A DNA stretch of 64,000 nucleotides, from assembly GCF_964213995.1 (NCBI RefSeq), contig NC_135801.1:111848001-111912000 (forward strand), read 5' to 3'. A model generated the notes under the pieces. That model worked only from the letters and a program-made list of their open reading frames with translations. It searched no databases and had not been told where the DNA came from. The translations under genes and the position numbers were made by a program. Shown piece by piece: positions 1-12,735 of this stretch. The DNA comes from Mustelus asterias. Lineage: Eukaryota. Numbering within the stretch: position 1 is the stretch's first letter; every line of letters starts with the position of its first letter.

Positions 1-115
1 TTTTCAAAGCAATACAGCTTATTTAAAATCAATTTCTGGCCAACTTTTAAGGTTCTGATGTTTTAAAGTGACAACCAGCAGCAGTTAATTTACTAATAGT
101 TTATTTGTGTTTCAG

Positions 116-303
116 ACTTGGATTCATTGGATCATAATGGCAGGCAGCGCTTTATTTTACTTTGTATTTGCACTGGCCTTTGGAGGAACTTGTCTAAACT
201 GCAACCCACCCTCAAATCCATATTGGATCATGGAGCAACAGATGTCAGATCCACTCTTCTACCTGGTCTGTATCCTCGCCACAGTGGTAGCTTTGCTCCC
301 CAG
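116..303 (+). CDS. ATP10D: ATP10D P4-type phospholipid flippase, penultimate coding exon (last TM helices)
   Basis: ttcag| acceptor at 115 and |gtaatt donor at 304. Translates TWIHWIIMAGSALFYFVFALAFGGTCLNCNPPSNPYWIM...VVALLPR, containing the ATP10-type CNPPSNPYWIM motif. Convergent position next to CORIN favours paralog D. Confidence 0.9.
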
Positions 304-379
304 GTAATTTGCACTTCTGTTCTAAGTGGTAAGATATCCTATTCTAATGTGAAATTTATGTAAAACCTGTTCAAATTAT

Positions 380-662
380 ACGGTCGAGGCCCTATCAAGT
401 GGATGTAAAGGGATCACATGGTGCTATTCTGAAAAGGAGCAGAGGAGTTATCTAACCCAGAGTCCTGGCCTATATTTGTGTCTCTATCAGCATCACAACA
501 ACAGATTATCTGGTTACTATTAAATTGCTTTGGGCGAGCTTGTTGTGTGCAATTTGGCTGCCATATTCCCTAAATTAAAGTGACCACATTTCAAAAATAC
601 ATACTTGGTTGTAAAGCATTTGGAACATCCTGAGGTAATGAATGACACTATATAAATACAAT
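380..662 (+). mobile_element. Old Deu-type SINE relic (SacSINE1/AmnSINE1-like); related copies near 11000-11220, 24600-24865, 32905-33610 and 52960-53160
   Basis: Shared motifs gtggatgtaaagg(a)tc.catg.c.ctatt.tgaa.aggagca..ggagtt, gtcctggcc.atattt and tgtaaagca.tttgg.acatcctgaggt. Family name is from memory. Confidence 0.55.
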
Positions 663-1082
663 TTTTGGTTTTCGTGAATTACAGGTTCCCTTATCAGGTA
701 TGAATTGCTTTAAATAAATCTACATTGGCTTGATTTAGTTAACCATACTCACATCCAATGCACTGGAATTAAATAATTTTATAATCAAAGCCAAAGTTTT
801 CCCAAGCACTTTGCAGCCAAGGAAGTACTTTTTTTAAAGTTTAGCAACAGTTGTCATGCTAGCAGCTAACACCAGAGCAGTAGTCAAATTTGTAGGAACT
901 TTGAATTGAACACATGTTACTCAAAATCATGTGTACATATAATTTGCCACTGTTTATATTCATTCTTTTTCATCGATGATTAGCATTTTTAAATGGAAGT
1001 CCTTTGGAAGTATGGAAGGAAACTTTGAAGGAGGGCCATGTGCATTCTAATGGCAATTGACCTACACAATCAGCAGCAATCA

Positions 1083-1429
1083 GGGCGGCACGGTGGTTAG
1101 CACTGCTGCCTCACAGCGCCAGGAATCTGGGTTCAATTCCGGCCTTGGGTCACTGTCTGTGTGGAGTTTGCACATTTTCCTGTGTCTGTGTGGATTTCCT
1201 CCGAGTGCTCCAGTTTCCTCCCACAGTCCAAAGATGTGCGGGTTAGGTTGATTGCCTCTTAGTGTCCCAAGATGTGTAGTTTAGGGGGATTAGGGTATTT
1301 TTAATAATTTAGGATAAATTTAGTATTTAGAGTAAATATATATGGTTACGGGGATAGGGGCTGGGTGGGATTGTTGTCGGTGCAGGCTCGATGGGCCGAA
1401 TGACCTCCTTCCACACTGTAGAGATTCTG
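1083..1429 (+). mobile_element. HE1/V-SINE (tRNA-derived), CR1-type tail
   Basis: Box A-like ggtggttagc, box B-like gggttcaattcc, V-domain gtgtggagtttgcac..., tail gggccgaatgacctccttccacactgtag. Confidence 0.85.
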
Positions 1430-2079
1430 TAAGTAATGTGCAATCCAGAAAACGAGAGAGGAAAGTTGTGGGACTAACACCGCTGCAAGAACAGCAACAA
1501 GAATAGCCTGTCTGTTCCTGCTGCCTCTGTAATGTCATTTTCAAATGACATAGGAACGAACTTTGGAATCAGTATTTGCTGTGACTGAAGGGAAATTTAA
1601 AAGAATGGAATCACAGAGTGGGATAGCAGTACTCACGAGGGGCATCAAGAGTCGGTGATGGGGGTGGGGTGGTAAATGGCAGAGATGCTTTCACAGGATA
1701 GCTTCTTGGGCCTGGAAGAAGCACACTTTCCTCTCTTGGCTCATAAATAGTGCTGTATGGACAATCATGTGACAGATTCAACTAATCTCATTTATTTTTG
1801 TCAAGGTTCAGGAAACCCAGCCAATGTGGGTTAAAATAGAAACTAGCAACCTCCTTAAAAAGTTTCAGTGACCGACCTGGCTGCTGAGAGAAGATTAGTC
1901 TCCTATTTCTCATACCATCTCTATTAAAAACAGATGTGGGGTTGCTTTGGGCTTGACACAGGTTGGGTCCCTGTTTTAGATTTTTAAGATTTTAATTTTT
2001 ACACCTGACCCAAATGACCAATCCTCAATTTAATAAACAACAATGCTGAATAACACTCAGATATTGACTTCATTTTCAG

Positions 2080-2629
2080 GTATGTCTACCGCATTTTCCA
2101 GGGAACAGTATTCCCAACTCAACTGCTAAAGGCTCGCCAGCTGGATAAACGGAGCGCTGAGGAACGTAAGAAGACAATCCAGGAGTGGAACAGCACTCAG
2201 CCAAACTGTGAAGTACCTACTGTGGATGTCAACACCACCACCTCTGTAGGTAACATAATTATTTCAAGAAAAAGCTGTTCGGAGCAGGCCGCGTTTTTAT
2301 TTGAGGACACAAGTGCATCATCTTTAGCAACTACACCAGCAAAAGGAGAAGCTGCCATTACTGTGATTTCACTGAATGAAATGCCATCAGAAAATGGCAG
2401 TACCTTTGTCCAGACAAACGCTGTTTTATTTAAACCAGGAATGGTTGAGAACTCTGACTTGCTGGGAGAGTCACATACAACAAAAGCTGCCTCTGACAGT
2501 TTTCATTCCCTTTTGCATGCAAAAGAGGACAATCGAGGAGCTGCTTCACAATCTAAGAACAAAAATACCTCCTCTTCTATCTGGGGTGAGACTGATAAGT
2601 TACCGGAATTCCCTCCAGCAGAGTGCTAG
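2080..2629 (+). CDS. ATP10D: ATP10D last coding exon (cytosolic C-terminal tail)
   Basis: cattttcag| acceptor, phase-compatible with the previous exon. Reads (R)YVYRIFQGTVFPTQLLKARQLDKRSAEERKK..., similar to mammalian ATP10D RFVYRVLQGSLFPSP. Continues in the frame of ORF 2222-2629 to TAG. Confidence 0.88.
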
Positions 2630-3950
2630 CACTGCTCCCATCAGTAAGGATGCCTTGAGCTACTTGCTAGATAGGGATGAAAACTATTTTTTAACATAAC
2701 CGTCTAGGGATGAAGACGTAATTTCTTTTGATCAGTATTGCTGTTCAACTTTTTGTTGCAGATCACAATCTGAACTACTGCCTTGCTGAAGAGCTGTTTT
2801 CTCTAATTCAGAAATAGGCTATGACATGGAATACTGACTTATAAGGTGATGTCCTTCATTCCATGTGGAATGAGCTCTGATGACAATCGTACCTTTGTGT
2901 GCAGTTGCCACATGGAGTATGCCATTTCCCCCACAGGACAAATCACATTTCCTTGTTAGCCTTTCCTGGAGAATAAGGCAAAGAAGGAATATAGCACTGA
3001 ATTCCTGTTTGCTCCACAGTCAGGCAGCAATTCAGGAGGAAAAATGAAGTTAGGCAAGTCATAAATGGCTTCCTGTGTTGAATTATCGTGCTGCTTTTAC
3101 CTGTTCATTTACTTTGGAACCAGATAGTGTTCATGTACCACGTCCTGATCTATTATAAAAGCATTTTTTAAAGCTGAACTAGGACTGTTTAATGAATCCA
3201 ATGGAATACAAATGATGGCCCTTTTTAAGGTGGGCATGTGCCAAAACTTTGTGATTTTCAGGTGTAAAAGACTAGACCTAAACTGAAATATCAGCTTAGG
3301 ATACAAATAGTCACTTTGGCTTGGAATTGCCAGAAAATATGTGCCATATATATTATGCCATTTCTGCAAAAGCTCTGTCACTCATTAAAACATTTTTGTC
3401 ACCATATAATGATTTATGCCAATTCTGAACCGATCTGAAATTTATCCCAAAGCAGAGGTGCAAAATGACCGAAAATTAAAATTATACTTTGTTTTTATAT
3501 AGAATCAAAGAACTTTTTCCAATTATTTGTTAGTTTTTAAAAAGTTTCTCCTTATTAAGTCCTACAATGCATTTTTGTACCTTGACTATGTCACTTATAA
3601 ATTATTTGCATTACCAATTTAAAAAATTTCCATGGGATTGTATAAATAATTGTTTGATGGCTTCAAACTTCAGTTTACATGCATTAAGAGGGGCTTGAGG
3701 AAGGAATCTGATATAACTTTAGTGCTTTCCTCAGGTTCCAATTGCTTATGCTGATGTGCACTTGTTTTACGTTGTTTTTTACTTTGTAGGATATGCTAAT
3801 GGATTCTCAAGAAAAATCGATGTAAATTTCACTGGTTAGACCTTTTCAGGAAATTCTGGGCCAACTTTCATTTCTATCATTCAATGGTAAAACCATTGTT
3901 ATAACTCCACCTACCGCATTATTCAAAATTTCTGGCAATATTATACCAAC

Positions 3951-4195
3951 ATAAAACCAGAAAATGCTGGGGAAACTCAACGGTTCTGGCAGCATCTGTG
4001 GAGTGAGAGTCAGAGTTAACATTTTGAGTCCAATATGATTCTTCTATAGAACTTTGGGAATTTCCAAAGAAGGATCATAGTGAACTCGAAACATTAATTC
4101 TGTCTCTCTCCAAAGATGCTGCCAGAACTGCTGAGTTTTTCCAGCATGTTCTGTTTTTATTTCAGATTTCCAGCATCCACAGTATTTTGCTTTTA
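3951..4195 (+). mobile_element. Penelope-like family B palindromic end (degenerate hammerhead)
   Basis: Inverted arms at about 3951-4045 and 4068-4160, then the tail ttcagatttccagcatccacagtattttgc. Related copies at 44376 and 46921. Confidence 0.7.
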
Positions 4196-6480
4196 TAACA
4201 TTTATACAGAAGTCTCTCAATGCAACATTGATTATGTCACAACTATTGGTTATCTCAGATCACTCATTGATATAAAGAATTTGTTCTAAAACTTAGATTT
4301 TTCAAATGCCCACAAGGACACGGGATTTGGGAAATGCCTGTATGTCAGTTGGACTACCTAATAGTGTTGATAGTATATGATATATTGATGCTTACAAACT
4401 GTTCCTTGTTTTAATAATTGACACACAATGTATAATGCCAAACTATTCAACGTTGATGTATGCGGCTTTGCAAATGCTTGATTTTTTTCCCTACTAAATT
4501 CTGCATTGTTTGTATTTATCTTCATGGAAACCAAAGACACTGTTCACAAAGACGATGGGAAAATGATCACGCCTGATTCCACTACCCTACAGTACTACAA
4601 AACAAATAATTTTGATAGACAAACCATGTAAAATATGTATTGTGCCACTTGTCCTAACATCTATTTTTGTAGGATCCCCAACACGAACTGCAGAACGAAC
4701 CCCTCTGGTGGCTTCTATACTGCCCTTCATAACATGTGCTTCTGTTTCTTATGGAAACAGAAAAGAGGAGTAGGCCATTTGGCCCTACAAGCCTGCTCTG
4801 CCATTAAGCGCGATTGTGCCTGATCATCCATCTAAACACCATACTGCCCCACTCGCCCCATATCCCTTGACACCTTTAGAGTCTAGAAATCTATTTCCTC
4901 CTTAAGTATATTCAGTGACTTGGTCTCCACAGCCTTCTGTGCTCGAGAATAATCCTGTTCCACAAAACCAAAACGTTATTTTGAGTCAGATTTCATTGCA
5001 AATATATGTCTAAAACTGATCAAATAGAAGCAATTCAATCCAATTACACTCTATCCTTGATCCTATTCGTACTGACATAGGTGTTAATTGTTTTCAAGTT
5101 GCATCTAAGCATTTTCTTTACGCATTGAGCCTGCATATAATCAAAGTGCTGTGTTTTTGTTTTTAATAGCATTATAGCAATGACCTTGACAACACTCAGT
5201 TGCGTTCTAAATATGAGTAACCATCTGTGATAGGTATGCATTGTATTTTGACCAAGGATTTTCTTTCTATGCTGATTGAAAACAATGCTGAGAGCATGAT
5301 ATTATACCGTGGTTTACTCAGGGTCGAAATGTGATATGATTCTGTATTACATTGTAATAATTAAGCTGCACTGATTTGATTACAAGTTCCCCATATTAAT
5401 TATCACTTAGGCTTTCTGTGGCACAGAAAAGAGGTAATCATCAACTTCTCCTTATGCTGAGTCAACTTGTTGAGATATTCTTCTCTTTCTGCCTCTTTTC
5501 ACTGAATGGTGGTCTTTGTATTCCATAAAGAGCAATGCATTCCTCCGTTACATCTGAGCCCTCAGGTAACCGTGTGCAAAGATGTTTCATTTGATCGATA
5601 CAGTGAACTTTTACCATTAAAATTCACAAATCATTCATTAGTGATGATTTGCTTATCACTTTGAACAGGGTGTTTTATCAGATCAAATTATACTGTTTTT
5701 GTAAAATGTCAATGTTGTCCAAAGCTTTGTCAGTTCCAGTATTCATGTTGCTGTTAGAATGGATATTATTTTCACAAGTCAATTATTGACGTGTGGAAAT
5801 GACCTTACTGGATTAAAGCAATATTTTAAAAAACAAACACAGCTTTCTGAATGATGCAATAATTAACTCATGTTGGAAGGTATCAATAGGGTATATTTTC
5901 CCATTATTATTTCAATGCAGGCATTACCGTGCTTTTAGCAGGCTACTGTTGGGCAATTAGACCCATGTTATTTGTGTTTGATGTTGAGGTTAAAAGTATG
6001 AAACAGTTTTTCTGATTTCTTCCCTCCAAAAAAAATAGGTTTCCCATTTTTTCATGAAAACATTGCCTCTTTATAAGAAATAGATGGTTAACCTCGCGGC
6101 AGCATCAGTTAATCTTATTGTACTGAAGTTTTACCTCAGCGGGATAACTAAACTATTGTATACATAGCTCGTACAATATTTGCAGTTCAATGTCTTCTCA
6201 GATATTTTAGTGATACCTGAATATTTCTGTGTTAACAGTATTTTAAACATTATATGTAATCTGGTGAGTCACTTTTTTACTTTTATTATACACTGTGATA
6301 TTTGGATTCTCAGGTTTTTGTATTTTAAAATGTTGCTTTCATATTGGTAATGTGGGCTTGGAAGTATTTACCAGTGCACTTAGAAAATCATAAGACTAAA
6401 GTCAAAATGCCTTTACAAAAAAGAAATAGTGTTTGACAAATTTATTAGAGTTTGTATTTAGATAAGGGGGCCTCAGCTAT

Positions 6481-6672
6481 CATAGAATCCTACAGTGCAG
6501 AAGGAAGCCATTCGGCCCATCAAGTCTGCACCGACCACAATCCCACCCGGCCCTATCCCATAAACCCCATGCATTTACCCCTGCTAGTCCCCCTGACACT
6601 AAGGGGCAATTTAGCATAGCCAATCCACCCAACCCGTACATCTTTGGATTGTGGGAGGAAAGCAGAGCACCT
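6481..6672 (-). mobile_element. HE1/V-SINE 3' half
   Basis: Reverse complement of the family body and tail. Confidence 0.8.
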
Positions 6673-6684
6673 GATCTGTATCTG

Positions 6685-7112
6685 TAATCTGTATTAATAA
6701 CTTAGCCAAAGAAACCAAGAGTAATGTAACCAAGTTTTCTGATAACACAAAGTTAGACGGGAATGCAAGCTCTGAGGACACAAAGAAGCTGCAAAGAAAT
6801 GTAGACTACAAGATGACAAATGGAATACAATGTGGGGAAGTGTTATTCACTTTGGTAGTAAGTATAGAAAAATGGTATATTTTTACAAGGCATGAATCTT
6901 TTAAATGTTGATGTTCAGAGATCTTGGGTGTATTCATACAAAGAACACACATAATTAGCAGGTAAGTACTGCAAACAATTAAGAAAGCAAATGGCATTTT
7001 GACCTTTATTGCAAGCGGATTGGAATAACAGAATAAATAAGACTGCTACAATTTTAGAGCAATTGGTAAGACCACATCTGGAATACTGTGTACAGTTTTT
7101 TGGTCTCCATAT
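6685..7112 (+). mobile_element. Old CR1 fragment
   Basis: aagttttctgataacacaaag (KF.D.TK) and ggtaagaccacatctggaatactgtgtacagttttt (VRPHLEYCVQF). Confidence 0.75.
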
Positions 7113-7914
7113 TCTCCAGACAGAATTGTGGTCCCTTCCAGTCCATAATCAGGATGCTTATGTGTAATGTGTATGTATTTCTTCACCCTCAGTGACTTTT
7201 TCTAATTTAAAAATAGATTCCAGCAGCAGGCTTTTAGATGATTTATAAAATAAAGGAAGCTATTGATTATCTCACACTTGCTCGCAATGTTTTAAATGCA
7301 ACGTCTCAGTCATTCATCTCACTCACACAATCACACACAAAAGAATAGATGCAGATGAAGTTACAGCCATAATGATTAAGATATCATTTGCAATTCTGTC
7401 TGTGTTGATGAGGGCCTGATGTCTTATTAGTTCAGTTGATCCTTTAATTGCAGTGAAGGTCTTTTAGAACAAAGGATTCTCATGAAGCTGTGAAGCATTT
7501 TGTAGGTGAATAGCCATGACATTGGTTCTCATGTGGACTTGGAAACTGGAATAAGTGCAGTACTTTACCTGCATTAGAAGATTTTCAGCCATGAAGGTTC
7601 AGATGTTTCTTGTGTTCCTCAGCAGGATTTGCTTTGTTCAGGATATTTTAAACTGCAGTCCTTGAAAGCTGTTTTCAATCACATGACTGCAGGATTAATT
7701 GGATTCAGAGCACCATGATATAATAGCAGTTGACAATGGTCATCCACTTTTCCCTCTGCCCCAACTTGAGCTCAAATATTCTCCTTTGTTCAGTTTGAAG
7801 GGACCAACTGTCTAAAGATTCCATATTGCTCAACACTGGTTCATCCTTAAATAATGGGATGTTTAAACTTAACAGGTGGCTGCAAAATATCCATATTCAG
7901 GTCTCTGTTTTACA

Positions 7915-8223
7915 GGGTAACATGGTGGCACAGTGGTCAGCACTGCTGCCTCACAGCCCCCAATTCAATTCGCGCCTCGGGTAACTGTGGACTTTTCATG
8001 TTCTCCCTGTATCTGCGTATATTTCCTCTGGGTGCTCCAGTGTCCTTCCACACTCTAAAAATGTGCAGGTTAGGTTGATTGGCCATGCAAAATTGCCCCT
8101 TAGTGTCAGGGAAACTAGCTGGGTAAATATATGGGGTTACGGTGATCAGGTCTGAATTGGATTGTTGTCAGTGGAGGCTCAATGGGCTGAATGGCCTCCT
8201 TCTGCGCTATATGGATACTATGA
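7915..8223 (+). mobile_element. HE1/V-SINE
   Basis: ggtggcacagtggtcagcactgctgcctcacag ... aatggcctccttctgc. Confidence 0.8.
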
Positions 8224-8404
8224 TAAATATTGGCAACATAATTAAATATTGTCCACAGTTTAAATGCCCATAGTGATAAGTTAAGTTGCAACCACATTGA
8301 CAGATTTTACTTGCCTTGGAAGTGGAACAATAAAGGTTCAGTCTATTGGTTCCTGGGATGACAATGTTGGCCTGGAAGAGCGGCTGGGTAAATTGGAACA
8401 GAGG

Positions 8405-9050
8405 AAATAGAAGCAGGAATCGGCCATAAGACATTCAGCCTGTCAAGTCCACTCCGTCAAACAGATCATGGTTGATCAGCTACCGCTCATGCCATTTTCC
8501 CACGATCCCCATATCATATGATGTGATTGGTCTCCAGAATTCTATGCATTTCTGTCTTGAACATGCTCAATGACTGAGCTTCAATAGCCCTCTGGATTTA
8601 AAATTCCAAAGATTCACCTTCTGAGTGAAGAAATTCTTCTTCACAGTCTTAAAAGACCTGAGCTTTATTCTGAGACTGTGTCTCCTGATTCTAAATTTAC
8701 TAGCTAAGAGAAACATCATGTCTGTTATGGCCTGTAAGAATTTTGTAAGTTTCAATGATATCACCTTTACTCCTGCCTCAAATCCCCTTGCGATGAAGAG
8801 CAACATTCCATTTGCCTTCCTTATTGCTTACTGCACCTTCATGTGAGCTTTTAGTGACTCGTGAAGAAGGACACCTAGGTTCCCTTGGACATCAACACTT
8901 TCCAATCTCTCACCATTAAAGAAATACTCTGCCTCTTTTTTCTGTTAAAGTGATTAACTTTACACTTATTCACATATTCCATCTGTCATGTTCTTGCCCA
9001 TTCATTTAGCCTGTTAAAATCCTCTTGAAACCTCCTTGTATACTCCTCAC
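8405..9050 (-). mobile_element. Old CR1 3' fragment
   Basis: Minus strand gives KNFFTQKVNLWN, aaggcaaatggaatgttg and a CR1-type 3' end. Confidence 0.7.
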
Positions 9051-9480
9051 AACTCTCATCCACAGTTATTTATGTCCCTCAAGAATCTATCCTTGGCACC
9101 TTCCTATTTCTTATCTATATGCTGCCCCTCTGTGACATCATCCAAAAACATATTAGTTTTCCCGAATGCCTCTAATTTGTTAAACTGTCAGACATTCAGT
9201 ACTGAATAAGCAGCAATTTCTTCCAATTAAACATTTGAAAGACCAAAACCATTGGCTGGAATTCTCCCATCCCACCCATCACTGGAATTCTAGCGGGTGG
9301 GGGACGGACCATGTAAAGGTCCATTGAAGTCGGGCGGGAATCCCTGGTTTTCAGGCGAGCGCGGCCATAAAATCCTGCCCATCGTCCTTTTTCCCCCAGA
9401 ACAAAAACTGTTCTCCAGACATGGTGATAAACATCTTCCAGGCAACTGTCTCAGGTTGGACCAGACTGTTCACACACTAT

Positions 9481-10588
9481 GGGCCTGATTTTACCATTTT
9501 CATTCTAAGTGCTGAATCTGGGCGCAATTCAGATCCGACTTGGAAATCTGTTCTCAGGCGCTCTCATACACACTCAGCCCTAAAAAAAATCGCGAGTCCC
9601 ATTCACGCTGTGGGCGGGGCTTATCGTGCCTGAAACGCTCGGAGCTCTGAACTGCGCATGCGCAGTTAGAAAAAAAATTGAAAAAGCGCACCCCTGTCAG
9701 ATCACTCCTGGGCTGCGAAAAGCGGAGAAAGCGGCTGGGGAGCGATGGCCTCCACAGACATCACTGTCCCCCTTATGCACCCCCTGCCCACCCCCCCTCC
9801 CCTCCGGTCCCCCCCACATTCATCTGCCGCCCCCCCCACCAGTGAGCAATTGGGCCTCCCCCCCCCCCCCCCATCAGAGAATGATCTAGCTTCACTTCCA
9901 CCCCCCCCCCCCCGCCCCCCGCCCCAAGAAAGACTGATCCAGCCTCACCCCCCCACCCCTCCCCGGAGAATGATCTGGCCTCGCGCCTCCCCCCCCCCCC
10001 CCGGAGAACGATCTGGCCTCACTCCCCTCCCCCTCCCCACTCCCCAGAGGTACATCTGACCCGCCTCCTCCTCCCGCCCCACCCCCTCACCAGAGAATGA
10101 TCTGGCCCGCTTCCCTCTCCCTCCCCCCCCCCCCCCCCACCCCACCAGACAACGATCTGCCTTTCCGACCCCCCGACCCCCTCCCACCAGACAATGATTG
10201 GGCCTCCCTCTTCCCCCCCCCCCCCACAGTCCCCAATGAGAGAACTAACGGGCCTCCCTCCTCACTCCCCTTCCCCCCCCCTCCCCAATCATTGATCTGA
10301 GTCAGAGAGCCGTTGGAAGTGCTGAACTCGCCTCTTCAGCAGCTAGAGCGCCCGAAACAGACTTTTATTCAGCATGTCCATTTCGGCACGATTCCGGATT
10401 GGCGATAAAGTTGGGCGGGCAGTTCATTAATTCAATTGAAATGCATTTAAATCGCCATTGTGCCCATTTTGGGCGCGAATTGGATCGCAGCCATTCCCAG
10501 GTCTCGATAAAGTGGCCATCTGCGCAGGCGCGGATCGCGTTAATGGCCTCTTACCACATTTTTGCACCTGAATGTTAAAATCGGGCCC
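9481..10588. mobile_element. Non-autonomous TIR DNA transposon (about 1.1 kb, possibly PIF/Harbinger-like) with internal C-rich tandem array
   Basis: TIRs gggcctgattttaccatt / aatgttaaaatcgggccc, with tat on both flanks. CpG-rich, and interrupts an L2 relic. Confidence 0.7.
9840..10300. repeat. Degenerate minisatellite: AGAGAAYGATCTGGCCYC motif plus poly-C, about 10 units
   Basis: The motif recurs every 30-55 bp, separated by C-runs. This explains the poly-Pro and poly-Gly ORFs. Confidence 0.85.
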
Positions 10589-12582
10589 TATATTGCACGT
10601 GCTCCCAAGTTGAGCTTCCCACCACATATCCACTCATCACTAAGATTGCCTATTTCTATCTGCAACATTGCCCATGTCTGCTCCTGTCTCAGATCATCTG
10701 CTGCTGAAATCCTCATCCATGCTTTTGTTACCTGAAAATTGACTTCCAAAGAAATCCTGTCCAGCCCTCATTTTCCATTCTTCCTAAAATTAAACTCTTC
10801 CAAGACTCTGCTGTCAAAATCCTAACTCTCATCAAATTTTGTTCACCGTACTCCTACATCGGCTCTCAGTTGAACAAAGCCTCCATTATTTTTAAAAGCT
10901 TATCCTCATTTTTAAATTTTTTCATGACCTCACCCTTTCCCATCTCTGTAACTTCTACCAACCCTACAATACTATCAGATAGACATAGATGTCCCATCGC
11001 ACTATTTTATAGAACATTAGTTCTCTTTGTATTTTGGCCAATATTTAAATCTCAAACAATATCATAAAAACAAATCATCTAATCTCTATCACATTTTTAT
11101 TTTTAGGTGTCTGCTGTGTGCAAATTGGCCAACTGTGGGTACACTTCTTTATAAGTACTTATTGGCAGCGGTGTGCTTTAGGGGGTCCTGAAAGATGTTA
11201 TATAAATGCAAGCTTTTCTTTGTAATATTTAAGGATGTAGGTTGGTTAATTTTGCTGTGATATTAGGAAGATGCCTTGTTTTCAGCAAATCCATACCATT
11301 TGCCTATATACACCATCTGGAAAGGATAAATAAATTATTGGAGCAGTCTTTAATTTAGAATGCTTTTGTTCCTCAAATGTGTCTGGTAATTTATTGTTTC
11401 AGAATGCTAAAGTAAACAGGAGTGAATCATTATTAAGGTACTTTTATTAGTTTTTACATGTTAAGAGTACAATGAGGCCACTACTTCAAATAATAGGGAA
11501 ACTTCAATTGCCAGAAATCTTAAAATAATAAAATACTGAGTCTAGATCATAAACTCACCAATATTCAGGAAAAGAAAAGTATCCAGTGCTGACAGTTAAG
11601 TTCTACATCCTAAGCTTTAACCACAATTGTGGTGAACATAGCATGTACTTCCATCATTTAGGCATTCACAGCTTTTTCTCGCAAAATGACTTCTTAGGTT
11701 TGTCACCTTGATTCAAACTTTACAACAGGTCTAGTTAACTGTGGCATAAAAGTAACTAACCCGGACTGAGAACTAGTTGCCGTGAATTTGACACAATACC
11801 GGTGGGATTGTCTGATCTCGTTTGTCCCATCCCCTCTGCCAGCAGGAATGGAGAATTTGGCACTCAGCCAAAGCTCCATTCACTACAGCAGCACCGGAGA
11901 ATCCTAGCTGCGGATGAGACCAGAGGTTTCCAGTGAATGTTTTTTGAGAACGGTAATTAATGAATTAATGATTAATTTTTTAAAAGTGATTTGTGAATAG
12001 GAAATTGTAGTTCTGCATCATTTCTTGGCAAGGGGGAAAAGGGGACAGATCGCTTGCTGTTCCAAATGCCTGTTAGGAGATGTACAGCAGAGGCTCAGCA
12101 ATGCTGATTTTCCATTTTTGCAGATAAATGTTCATTCTTCTCAGAAAACAAATCTGTGAGATGGGCATTTGGAGTCAAAGTGACCGTATGTTCGGTAAGT
12201 TGCCAACTATCTACAAAACACCGAGCTTGGCTGTATTTGGAGACTACTGTTGGAATCACTGATTTGTATTCCACCAATGCAGTGGTCCGTTCCTTGTCGG
12301 CGAGAAGGAAACAATTAGGACAAACAATATTGGTTACTCTTAAGGGTGGCATCAGCAGGGATGAGATCTAGAGGACTTGGGTTGACGGAATGGGCAGACG
12401 AAATTTAAGGCCGAGAAATGTGATAGGAAGAATGATGAGAGGCAATGTGAAATGATAAGATAACATTCTAAAGGAGGTGAAAAAACGGTCTGGGGTACAT
12501 TTGCACAAATATTTGAAGTCAAAATTACAAGTTGAAAAAACTATTAATAAGACCTGTGGTATCCTGGGCTTTTTAAATAGAG

Positions 12583-12735
12583 TAAGAAGTTTAACAACAG
12601 GTTAAAGTCCAACAGGTTTATTTGGTAGCAAATGGTGGCATTTGCTACCAAATAAACCTGTTGGACTTTAACCTGGTGTTGTTAAACTTCTTACTGTGTT
12701 TACCCCAGTCCAATGCCGGCATCTCCACATCATGA
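12583..12735 (+). mobile_element. Penelope-like family A palindromic end inserted in a CR1 relic
   Basis: Inverted arms (taagaagtttaacaac...tttggtagcaaatg / catttgctaccaaa...gttaaacttctta) plus tail. Flanked by ctttttaaatagag (12569-12582) and ctttataaatagag (12736-12749). Confidence 0.8.

Larger units (their letters stand above)
9070..10980 (+). mobile_element. Ancient L2-like LINE relic, interrupted by TIR elements
   Basis: gtccctcaagaatctatccttggcaccttcctatttcttatctatatgctgccc encodes a decayed VPQGSILGP..FLIYMLP. Later gctgaaatcctcatccatgcttttgttacc encodes AEILIHAFVT. Confidence 0.6.

Noticed and set aside
1083-1160. tRNA genes at SINE heads (also about 53570-53638 and 56290-56370)
   Set aside because: Only box A and box B remnants are present, followed by a SINE body; no complete cloverleaf.
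9626-10300. Proline-rich and glycine-rich ORFs (formin- or extensin-like)
   Set aside because: They are translations of the poly-C minisatellite inside the TIR element.
9840-10300. CRISPR-like repeat-spacer array
   Set aside because: The repeats are degenerate, the spacers are poly-C, the context is eukaryotic and there are no cas genes.
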